Shown here one piece after another: positions 1-11,242 of a stretch of 64,000 nucleotides of DNA. The position numbers were made by a program, and so were the translations under genes. Source of the DNA: Chrysomallon squamiferum. Taxonomy: Eukaryota; Animalia; Mollusca. Numbering within the stretch: position 1 is the first letter of the stretch; each line of letters opens with the position of its first letter. Under the pieces are notes generated by a model. It made no database searches and was not told the DNA's origin. It saw only the letters and a program-made list of their open reading frames with translations. Location: contig CM022678.1 of assembly GCA_012295275.1 (NCBI GenBank), forward strand, positions 18,848,001 through 18,912,000. The letters run 5' to 3'.

Positions 1-864
1 TAAACCCCATCAACACCTGCGAGAAATGAACAGCTATGAAAGGACAGAAATCCTCTAAGTGTTAGACCCTCTGAATATTTCCACTCGTATTCTTCCTGAT
101 ATTTTTCATTCACCTTTCTGTACAGCTCCAGAGACTTCGGATAAGAAGCTGGTGATATCTGATGGTAGGAATAAGTAAGTTCAGCTTCAGTTACAGCACA
201 CATTCTGTCAAAGTTTTCCTCCAGGTTTTCCAATTTGATTAATTCCTACTGAGCAGAACGGTCGTCCTCTTGCTGCAGAAAACGCACACGGTTTGCACGT
301 GCTACAATGTTAGTCTCGAGCACGGACTTTTAAATTTGTCTCGATCTCCTAGCAGAAACATCAAGAAGAAAATAAAATTGTCGTCTCGATTTTTTTCCAT
401 CAATGTCCGTTTTTCTTCTTCCTGTTCCCCGTAACTTTTCAAGTACTTTTTCTCTGTGTTGTTTTGAGCAGATCATGAGATCTGTAAGATGAAAGGAGTA
501 GGAAACGATTCCAGTCTCTCTTCGAAGGAAATGTCGTCATCTGTAAAAAAAAAGTGTCTTTCTTGAAATATGATGTTCGAATTTTTTATTAAATTGAAGA
601 TATGTAATGAAAAAATATTTTGTTACTGAATCTATTACTTTAATGTAAATGGTTTAAGTGTGTGTATATTTTTATTGTCTGTTTCTGTATTTGTCAGTTA
701 CAGAATCATGCATTTATAAAAGTAATTAGAAGATTGTCACCTGAAGGTGTAATGCAACATAATACAAATCTTTCATTATCATTGTAACTAGTATTTCTCA
801 CCAGTTTTTATACTTTCAAACTCTGACTCTTATAATGTGTTTCGCTCTTTTTTTTAGGAGCCAT
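1..864 (-). pseudogene. TPR-TIR paralog A (IFIT/TTC22-like), 5' part; runs off the window start
   Basis: Homologous to the N-termini of B/C/D (ERLESFP, NIVARANRVRFL, AEAEL). ATG exon 802-864 is 63 nt versus 64 in B/C; large exon ends near 540. Lesions relative to paralogs: 1-nt deletion ~500, 2-nt deletion ~431, ~15-nt deletion ~337, 5-nt deletion ~315. Confidence 0.85.
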
Positions 865-1730
865 TATCCTGAAAGAAAGTTATAAAACTTTGATTAATTA
901 TTTGATTTTTTTTTCTCACCTTTTTGACTTTTTAATTATTTTAGCTATATTGAACATCATACACTTAAAAAGGCAGGGAAATTAAAACAGAAAGAAAAAG
1001 AGTTACAAACTCAAAGAACTTTATTCTAAAGTATGATAATAAATAAATAAATAAATACAAACATTACAGTTTATCTGCTTTTTTATTTAGTAACTTATAT
1101 CAGTTGTCATTTAATATTATCAGCCAGAAAGAGATAAAAATATGATTATTTTCAGCCGATGTATACTACCATAGAAACAGAAAAGGTTTCTTTTCTTTTC
1201 GTACACATGAAATAAGTCCTAACATATAAACAAGAAATAAGTCCTAACATATACACAATAAATATTTCTCTTGTTTTTCTTCCTTGTGTCCAGTAGTTCT
1301 ACATTCTTATTCACTTCTATCAACCTATATGAGTGAAAAATATGACAGCTATCAGCCGATTTATAACACTACAAAAACAAACCGTGTGTGTGAAATTAGG
1401 TCACTGAAGTATGCAACAAATAGAGCAAGTAAACAGACCTGGATGATGTAAGGAAAGCAGTTTGAAATGCGATTTTTAAATTTTTAAATTTTTATTTTTA
1501 GAGTAATCACAGCTTGGGTTTGGGTGAGTAAATAATCAGTAAAACGACCTGAGTCTCAATCTTAAACAAAATAACTCAAATCCAATTAAAGAAAAAAAGA
1601 AAGAAAAAGTGTGTAGGTTTAAATATTAAATAAAATATGCTTGTTTGGAAAGCGAGATCAAAAATATCATGGGGCTTTATTATTTATTTATTTGTATTTT
1701 TTATTATTATTACTATTATTATTATTATTA

Positions 1731-1785
<55 letters not shown>

Positions 1786-2557
1786 TGATTATTATTTTTA
1801 TTTTTATTTTTATTATTTATTTTTTTGTTGCTGTTGTCGAGTTCTAATGCTCAGAAAAATTAAACTTAGGCCATCTAAATTTGACTGGTGTCAAAAATGT
1901 TCCCATTGATTTACTTGATTTGATTATTACTGAGCTAAGCCCAATTTTGATTTCATCTGATAGTCTGTCGTATTGTTTGCTGCTTATGTAATTCTTTATC
2001 AAAAATCCTTGCAGTTATAACTTTTACATATCAATAGGGTATTCATGAAACAAATTTATATTTTAATGCCAACTTAAATATTATTTTGTACGAAATTTAG
2101 CTATTTAGCAAAAGTGATTAAACAAAACTGGAATCTCGCATTAGTAATTTTTGTGGAAATAGAAAAACAAGGTAAATATTTGTTTGGCTTGTGAAAGTAG
2201 ATGCTGCATTAATGAACGCTTATGGAAATGTGAAATTATATACACATTTCAGTGCAAATTGTATGTGTTTACTGTCTCTGCTATTTAACCGTTGATGTTC
2301 ACAGACTTGATTAAATAACATGAAAGCACATATGACTGAAAAAGCACATAAGCTATATATTTGGACCAATGAACACATTTAGAAATATCATGTCTACTGA
2401 GTCAACTCGGTTTTTAGCAATAAAAGTGTAGATGTTCTGTAATTAATCTGAAAAATAAAGAAAATAAACAAATACAAGTAAATAAGAATGTTGAACTACT
2501 GCGAGTCGTAGTGTTATTTAATCATATGCCCTTTTCTTTCTTTATTATTCTTTTTAA

Positions 2558-2590
<33 letters not shown>

Positions 2591-2593
2591 TTT

Positions 2594-2625
<32 letters not shown>

Positions 2626-3151
2626 TTTCTATTTTTATTTGTTTTCATTTACAGATTTATTTATCTATTTATTCATATACCTTTTTTGTTTCCACATCAA
2701 GGAAATTCACAGACATTATTTTTAGTTACAGACCAAATTAATTTTGATCAAGAAAAGAAATGATAATTTGTCACAAAATATACATAAATATACTATTTGT
2801 TACATAATTAATACAATATACCATTATGGATACAAATTCATTTGTAGATGGTCTCACTTAACTGAATTTAAATTATTGTTCAGTTCACTGAAATTTAAAT
2901 TATTATTCAATTCACTGAAATTTATAATATATATCAATTCACTGATATTTATATCTCAATTATATTATGTTGCAAATATTGAAATTTACATAATGTGTCT
3001 ATTCACCGATATTAAAACAATATGTATGAATTAATGTAACACTTTGAATGTAATGTTACAAAAAATATATACACATAGTTATACAGGGACCTACACAGAC
3101 AAAACAAAACAACAATAAACTTAGTTCATTACCGGTTTCACATAGTATTAC

Positions 3152-3724
3152 CTGGTTGGGGTTATTCTTCAACATGGCTGTGCGAACATCAGCATTCCCG
3201 CTGTCAAACTTGGAAATGAACTCAAACACTTCCTGGTTTATCATCTGTCCCCTGCAAACATATTAAATCATATATTTCACTTTGTTCATGGAGGAGAAAA
3301 TGTAAAATGCAAAGCTAGCACAAAATATTAATTCCAGTATTTTCCTTATGTTAGTGTACCATTCTGTTTCATTCACACAGATGAACTTGGTTAAGTTGCA
3401 ACTATTCAATGTGTATTGAAAGAATCTGGACATTACCACCACCAAAAATGTACTCAAAACTTTGTTTCTGCAAATTTAAATGATTATTTTATTCAATAAT
3501 ATCATAAATCTTTAATATTTTATCATCAGCTATTGATTTTTAGTAATATCTACAAAAGTTGTATTATTCATAATGTGGAAAGATTAGATCTTAAATGTAA
3601 GGAACTATTTCTGTCCACCATTATAAAACATGTGTAACATACTGCAGAGGTGACTGCCAGTTGACTGTCTTGGCTTGGACATCATTTGTCCATTCCTGCA
3701 ACAAACTTGTAGCAACCTGAGCTC
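3152..3724 (-). pseudogene. ATP6V1H: Two orphan exons of V-ATPase subunit H (3643-3724 and 3152-3251)
   Basis: AG/GT-bounded exons joined in phase 2 give AQVATSLLQEWTNDVQAKTVNWQSPLQ|GQMINQEVFEFISKFDSGNADVRTAMLKNNPNQ, matching the ATP6V1H N-terminal motif VNWQSYLQGQMI..EFI..F. No other ATP6V1H exons seen; conserved Tyr is Pro here. Confidence 0.8.
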
Positions 3725-5959
3725 CTGGAAACATAGAAAAAATTTATAATAATAATAATAATACAATATAAATGATCCACTATTCATTCTCAGTTAGGTA
3801 TAAAACTCAACAAAATGCTAAACAGACAAACATATAGTATTTTTTCTCTTTCTTTTATACATACAATATTTTTTATTATTATTATTATTTTTTTTTTTTT
3901 ATATTTAATATGCTATTATCTTGAGGTTCATTTCTCATAGGAGTCATTCTTTTAGTCATTTTGTTAACCAGCTTATAAAAGCAAGAGAAATGTCAAATGA
4001 TAAAGTATTTCATTGTGATGATCATGATAAGTTTCAAAAGAAGAAACATGCTACTTCATGTGGTTTATTATAAAATCTCACTGAAATACTCTACCAATGC
4101 TGGAAATGAAAAAAAAAAACAAAAGAAAAAATAAAAACTAAGAAAAAACTCTAAAAGAAACCAACACTAATGTGTTTTTGAGATTTTACTGTTTGAAAAT
4201 AAAATAGACTGAGTAAATAATACTGAAATGTTTGAAATTTAAAAACAAAAAATAAAAATAACAAAAAATAACAAAAGCAACCTTAATTTTCTACAACTTC
4301 CTTCTTCTACACTGAAAATGTTATAAATTAAAGAAATAAAGAAATAAAAATAAAAATGAAAAAAAAAAAACATCTGAAGAAATATGCAGTTTGTTTAAAC
4401 TTCTCAATTCTAGGTTTCTAACATTTCAATATTTAAATTAAAAATCCTAAAAATATTTTGTCTCTAACATTTCCATCTTCTAGACTGAAATATTTTGAAT
4501 ATATATATATAACAAAATGATCAAATGTTTCTAACAACTTGTGTCTTAAAATGTTTCAAAATATTAAACCAAAAAAAATCCTAAAAATGCCTGATGTTTC
4601 TAAGAATTTATCTTACTAGATTGAAATATTTTAAATTAAAATGAAAAGTGAAAAAAAATCCTCCTCAATACTTTTTCATAAAAAAAAAGTGTCCTTGGAT
4701 AGGGGCTTATCCCCTTTACAAATGATTTTTAAAGAAATAATCCAAAGTTTAATATGGGTGATGTTTTTTTGTTGTTGTTTTTTTAATACAATATTTTTAA
4801 TAACATAATGACCCAATATACAAAAACTAAGTGAAGCTAAAAGGAGATTTTCATCATAATATTATCAATAATCAAAATAAAAATTGTAAAATATTTAGAA
4901 ATAATGATAAGAAAATTGAAAAGAAAAAAATCACTTGATTATCCCTCCTCAACACTCACATTGAGCCATTTTGTGTTCCTGCCACTGCCCCTCAAATAAT
5001 GACATCAAAAATAAAACAGTTAAACCAAGAAAGAAATAAAAAACTAAACAAATTAATTATTATTAATAATAATAAAATCACTGCTGACAAAGTTTAATTA
5101 TCTTACTGCCACTACAACTACTACTGGTTTTAGATACTGTTATTTTATTTAATGGCATAATCATCAGCATTATCTTCTTCATCATCATCATACAGCTCCC
5201 TCACAATCATCGGATAGCATAAACTTTTAAAAACAAAGATTTATAATTTTACAACTTTTAGAAATCTTACACGGTTTAGTTACAAACTGTTTTAATGTCT
5301 ATAGTTTGTTCGAATGATGATTTCAAAGAACTATTAAACAATTTTGTAACATGAAATACATTTTTATTTTACAAAAACTCCATAAATTTGATAAGGTAAA
5401 TCATTTAGAACCTGTGAGGTTTAAATCTAAATTTTAAACCCAAGAGAATATAAGCAATCAACTGTAATAATATTTAAAACAGAAAAGAAATGTACCCAAC
5501 ACAGGCTAAGAAAAATGTCCTGATTTAACAAAGGGTTAAAAAAAATAATAACATTTCTCAAACCTCTATTTCTAAAAACTATACAAAACAAATATTTTAA
5601 GCATTTGTTTTTTCTCTTTCAGTTTTCCTGTTATTGTTTTGTTCTTCTTTTTTTTTTTCATTGATTTTTAATCTTTCTATTTTTTTCACAATATTTCTCA
5701 AGTCAAAGTTAAGTTTGCAGCTACAGAAAAAAATTTCTGCCTTAAAATAACAGTGATAATGATATATTGCAATTTACTTATTTAGGGGGGGAAATGTTCT
5801 ATTTTACTATTTCAATTTAAATATGTGATATAATCAGGCAGTAAAACAGTGATTATTAAACTTGGTTTTGAAGAAAAAATATTTTGAAAATATTAATTTC
5901 AAAAACCTCGGTTTCAAGATATTTTCATAACCTGTGTCAGGTAAGGGCAGAGAACCCAC

Positions 5960-6723
5960 CTGAAGATCACGCTTCAGTTTGAGAAGGTCTTCATTTTCTG
6001 GATCAGTGGTAAGTGAGGCCTCAACCTGAAATCACTACATGTAAATATTGTTTAAGAAAAGAGAAAAATAGATTTAACAGGAAACATTTATTAGAATGAA
6101 TATAATGAGTGTATAACTGTGACAGTGTGTATATCTCACTACCATGGCATATATATATATATTTAAAAATGTAACATTCCTTTCAATTCTGGTTATTTCA
6201 TTAACAACAATGTTATGGTTCACCATTCTGTTAAGGAATAAAATGTTACCCTTATGGGTTCCAGCAAATCTAATTTCAAATTAATTTATATTTTCAAGTA
6301 ACCAATACACTAATACTTTTCCAATGTCAAACTCTACAAATATATATGAGAACAAAAATGAGGAGGGAGGCAATTTTGAATAAAGCATTTTCATAATTAT
6401 CCTAATGCATGTGGAAATGTTCGATTTAAAATATTCTTTTCTAATTTAAGTGGACTAAATTATTAATAATCATTAAAATTATCATTATATCTTGTTCGTT
6501 GATGTGTATGACAAACTACCACAAAACAAAGAATATTATGAGTCCCAAAGAATTTACTTTTGATGATACGATATTATAGCCATATCGGAAACAGAGACAA
6601 CCGATATAACAAGGTCTATTACACCAAAATTATTTCGAATGTACTGGAGTACCGTATATTTTCGATCACCTGTTGTAACTGAATTTTATAGGTCTTCAAA
6701 TTCTCTTGTACATCGTCTGCCAT
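5960..6723 (-). pseudogene. SMNDC1: SMNDC1/SPF30 5' fragment: exon 1 6670-6723, exon 2 5960-6025
   Basis: MADDVQENLKTYKIQLQQ|VEASLTTDPENEDLLKLKRDLQ with canonical phase-0 splice sites; matches the SPF30 N-terminus (YKAQLQQVEAAL..ENEDLLKLKKDLQ). No Tudor-domain exons found downstream. Confidence 0.85.
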
Positions 6724-6859
6724 TGTGATTCCAGCATAAAATAATGTAAACTTTTTAACGTAATATTTTTTAAAACAGGTGTCGTCTATTTTTGTTCCTT
6801 TTCCACATGACGTGTTACTTTTCGTTCAAGCCCTGATAAATTGGTACCAGTGAACTGAA

Positions 6860-6870
6860 TGCGCATGCGT
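6860..6870. promoter_or_regulatory. NRF1-type motif TGCGCATGCGT upstream of the SMNDC1 fragment
   Basis: Near-palindromic NRF1 consensus ~140 nt upstream of the ATG; retained in the duplicate at 55733-55743. Confidence 0.55.
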
Positions 6871-6900
6871 AGCCTCTCGAAGACGATCTAAATTAAAAAA

Positions 6901-6931
<31 letters not shown>

Positions 6932-7354
6932 AAATTAACCGACTAATAAATGTTTCCTTTACAAAATAACAGAAACGACATAAACTTCAAGATTACCATT
7001 ATATTTATCAAAGATAAAGCTGTACTCAATAGCCACACGCATCAGCTTTCTCACTAAATTAAAACTGTTTACTGCATGTCTTATTATTATTATTATTATT
7101 AGTTATTATTATTATTATTATCTTCATCATCATCATCATTAAAGAAAACACTCAACTTAAAAGGTGAGTATATATTTCCGTTCTTGCCGAAGTCCACTAA
7201 AATATAAATGTTTGTGAATAGTAAATATTATTATTATTATTATTATTATTTTATATTCCTCTCGTTTGCCGAGGTATGGTTTCAGCTAATAATAATAATA
7301 ATACTAATAAGAAGAAGAAGAAAAGGATTGTTTTCAGTCACATAAAAGAACAAT

Positions 7355-7634
7355 AAACAAATAAATAAATGAAATATCTCTTGTTTTTAAACTACATATT
7401 GCAAACAGCTCTGTACCCTTCTTTACATTTATAAGGTTACGTGAAGTGAACATAGAAACTCAAACGTGTTTGTGAAATTAGGTCACTGAGATTTTCAATA
7501 AATATAGCGAGTAAACAGATCCAGAAGATATAAGAAATATTTGATACCAGAATTGTTCCTTTACAAAGGTGTGTAGTGTTTAGCATAGACTCTAGCTGAG
7601 ACACTATTCAGCGAAATGACATGCATCTACATGT

Positions 7635-7704
<70 letters not shown>

Positions 7705-8202
7705 GTAATACAGATTTTGCCTCTTATATCGGCAAACTTGATTTATTTATTTGTTATTGTTTAATATCATATTTGTTATCGTAATAACATATTTAAATCA
7801 AACTTACACGTTCTCGCTGGATGTTCCTTACTCTCAAACAACAGTCAACAACTGCGATAGCTTTCATTTTTCAGTGTCATATAAATCAGGTGTTTACACA
7901 GTAAATGTAGATTAACAATCTATATAAGGTATGTATGACCTTCTCGCATGACAACAATATAAACACATTAACTACAACAGCTCCTTATCATGTCTACGTG
8001 CTCTGTAAGTTATCATGCCCGGTCATAGTTCATTTTACTATCAAATTACTAATTCTATATTGGGGGTTTTCTGACAGAGTTCGATAAGTAGCTTCAAATA
8101 TGAAAATTAAAAATATTAAATTTAAACAAATATATTTTGTGTGAAAATCGAGATCAGTCTGATCGTGAGGCCTTCCTAATTTACTTTTTACTTGATGTCA
8201 TC

Positions 8203-8241
<39 letters not shown>

Positions 8242-9290
8242 TTTATTATAAACCATATACTTGCAAAAGTCAGGAATAAGAACATTTTAAAAAATATTTA
8301 AAATACTAATAAAAGGAGATATCTATGTTTTATTTTTCACTTATTATTTTTATTTGTTATTACTTTTTTTATTATTATTATTATTTTTAGATAACATAAA
8401 ACAATAATAAACAAATAAATAAATGAAATATCTCAGGTTTCTAACTAGGCAGGCCCAGCAGCTCCGTACCCTTATTTACATTTATGAGCGTACGTGAGGT
8501 AAACATAGCGCACTTATCAGCCTATGTATAACAGCACAGAAAAATAAACGTGTTTGCAAAATTAGATCACGGAGTTTGAATTAAATGTAGCGAGTAAACA
8601 GATCCAGAAGATATAAGAAATATATATTACTAACGTTTTTTTTTTTCTTTCTTTCTTTCTTGTTCTAGTACTTTGAGGAACCAAAGCTGTGCAGTGTTTA
8701 GCATACTTTCTGGGTCAGAGAATAGAAGCGAAATAACCTGCGTCTACATTTTAAATGTAAACAATTGAAAAACTAAAATAATAATAATTATTATAAACAT
8801 ATTTTTGTCTCATATTTCTGTAACATTTGATTTATTTCTATAAGTTACAAAAAAAAAAAAATAAATGAATAAATAAATAATGAAAAAACAAAAAACAAAC
8901 AAACAAACAAAATCATTGTAATAACAGATTTTAAATCAAACTTACACATTCTCGCTGGACGTTCCTTACTCTCAAACGAACAGTCCAAAACTGTTTGCTT
9001 TGCTATTTCAATGTGATATAAATCAGGTGTCTACTTTCCTTATTTAAATTCGAAGAGTCAATACAGTAAATGTAGATAAACAATCTATATAAGGTATTTA
9101 TGACCTCGTCGCATGACAACAATATAAACACATTCACGACAACAGCTCCTTATTATGGTTACGTGCTCTTTAGGTTATCATGCCCGGACAGAGTCCATTT
9201 TATTATGAAATTGCTAACACAATATAAAACTGAGTTTTTCGAGATCAGTTTGATCGTGAGGTCTTCCTAATTTTATTTTTACTTTTTTCT
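7355..9290. repeat. Two diverged ~1-kb direct copies of the TPR-gene intronic repeat
   Basis: Shared blocks (gagtaaacagatccagaagatataagaaata; aaatcaaacttacac.ttctcgctgga; catgacaacaatataaacacatt) recur about 1.1 kb apart. Confidence 0.7.
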
Positions 9291-9350
9291 TTACTTTTAC
9301 ATATATTTTTTATGTTCTATTATTGTTTGTTGTTGTTGTTGTTGTTGTTG

Positions 9351-9391
<41 letters not shown>

Positions 9392-9627
9392 TAATTTCAA
9401 CGTCCAGGACAAGTATATTTACGCTATCCAATTCTTACTGCTGTTGGCAAACTTTAGCATCCAGTTTTGCAAATTTTTCGCTTATGTGCCAAGCGGAGTT
9501 TCGAATGTGTTGCGTCGTTTGCTGCTCTTTATAATAGAGTGTGTTAATAGATTATCCTTGAATCACGTGCAAAAGAAAAGAGAAAAAATGTCTAAGTATA
9601 TTTAGAAACTATTTACAACTTACGTAC

Positions 9628-9630
<3 letters not shown>

Positions 9631-9720
<90 letters not shown>
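9631..9720. repeat. (GA)n microsatellite in TPR-gene 3' flank cassette
   Basis: Pure GA run; equivalent runs in homologous context at 38143-38232 and 58674-58757. Confidence 0.95.
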
Positions 9721-9725
<5 letters not shown>

Positions 9726-10373
9726 TTTTATGAGATTTTGTTTAACGATGACACATGACAATAAAACTAATTTCTATCATGGCTTGGGAAAAATATTCTA
9801 TAATTATGTTACAGTGTTACAGTCTGTGTCTCTCTATATATCGATGTGACGATCTACATCTAAAATTTATTTATTGTTCATTCATCGCATTAGTACTGCC
9901 GATATTTTGATTTGTTCATTTAATTCGTTTTCTTTTATTTATTTATTTATTTATTTATTTTTATTTTTATTTTTTTTCAGATCATCCGGTTTTGAAAGTT
10001 GACTGGATAGTTGTTCCTTAACAAAACACGACACTGCTAATTTTTATTTATTTACTTAACAACAATCATTATTATGATTAGTAGTCGTCGTACAAATACT
10101 GTTAATAGGAACAGTAATGATAGTAGAAATAGTAGTAGTAGAGTTTTAGTCGTTCATATTGTTTCTATATTTTAAATGTGAAACGAATTTGAAGATGAAA
10201 AAGAAATTCAAATTTAAATTAAATTCATTTTCACTTTATTATTCTTGCTGTCGTTGATGCCAATGATCTAACAGTAGTAATTGTCTCACTTGATGCCGTT
10301 CTTGTCGCCATTCTTGTCGCCATTCTTGTCGTTGATGCTGTCAGTTTTATTGTTGTTTTCTATTTCTTCCCCG

Positions 10374-10442
<69 letters not shown>

Positions 10443-11110
10443 GAAACTGAAAAGGTCAAAATTTTGGTATAAACATTTCATCTGATGGCAGTAACACAAA
10501 GCTTGTATATAAAAATAAGATTAATTAAAACTTGTTACACTTCCAACTCAAAAATACCAAAATACCAAAAATTATTCACATACAAAGATTTTATTATTAA
10601 CACAATTGGCTGACCAATAGGCACAATTACAATAAAAAAACTATAAAAGTAGAATAGGATATTCTATATCAGCATTTTAGTTAAGCATAATAACTTTATA
10701 TATAGATATAGACAGACAGATATATGAAAACATATATTATATTTATTATTACATTATATTATATTATATTATATTATATTATATTATATTATATTATAAA
10801 TAAGCCATGATACTTATATTACACTTTAGATTACACAAATTTAATTTCAACCATAAAGTTTTTGAAAAATATATTAAAATAACTGTAGACTGTCTGTACA
10901 ACCTGTACACGTAGATTTAATCTTTAAGCTATATATACTGTAGCATCTATTTATGGATTTATCTTTTGAAAACAGACCATATTTTCCTACTATCGTTTTA
11001 CATTCCAAAAACTGAAAACTCAGTAAGGAAACACATTTCCAATCCAACCATTTTGGAGAAGGAATCCTTATATAATTATAATTATAAGCATAATTGTTGT
11101 TGTTTATGTG

Positions 11111-11157
<47 letters not shown>

Positions 11158-11242
11158 CTTTATTATTTTTATTTCATGAATAAAGTCGAACAATCCATGC
11201 AGTTCAATTAAAATTCTTGTTAAGATCTGTAAAGTATCAAAT

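Noticed and set aside
1637-2741. Poly-Leu/Tyr/Ile ORFs (and many similar ORFs window-wide)
   Set aside because: Translations of (ATT)n, (GAT)n and (GA)n microsatellites.
3152-6723. In-frame SMNDC1-ATP6V1H-TPR fusion protein
   Set aside because: Phase mismatch gives a stop early in the second ATP6V1H exon, and paralog A is frameshifted.
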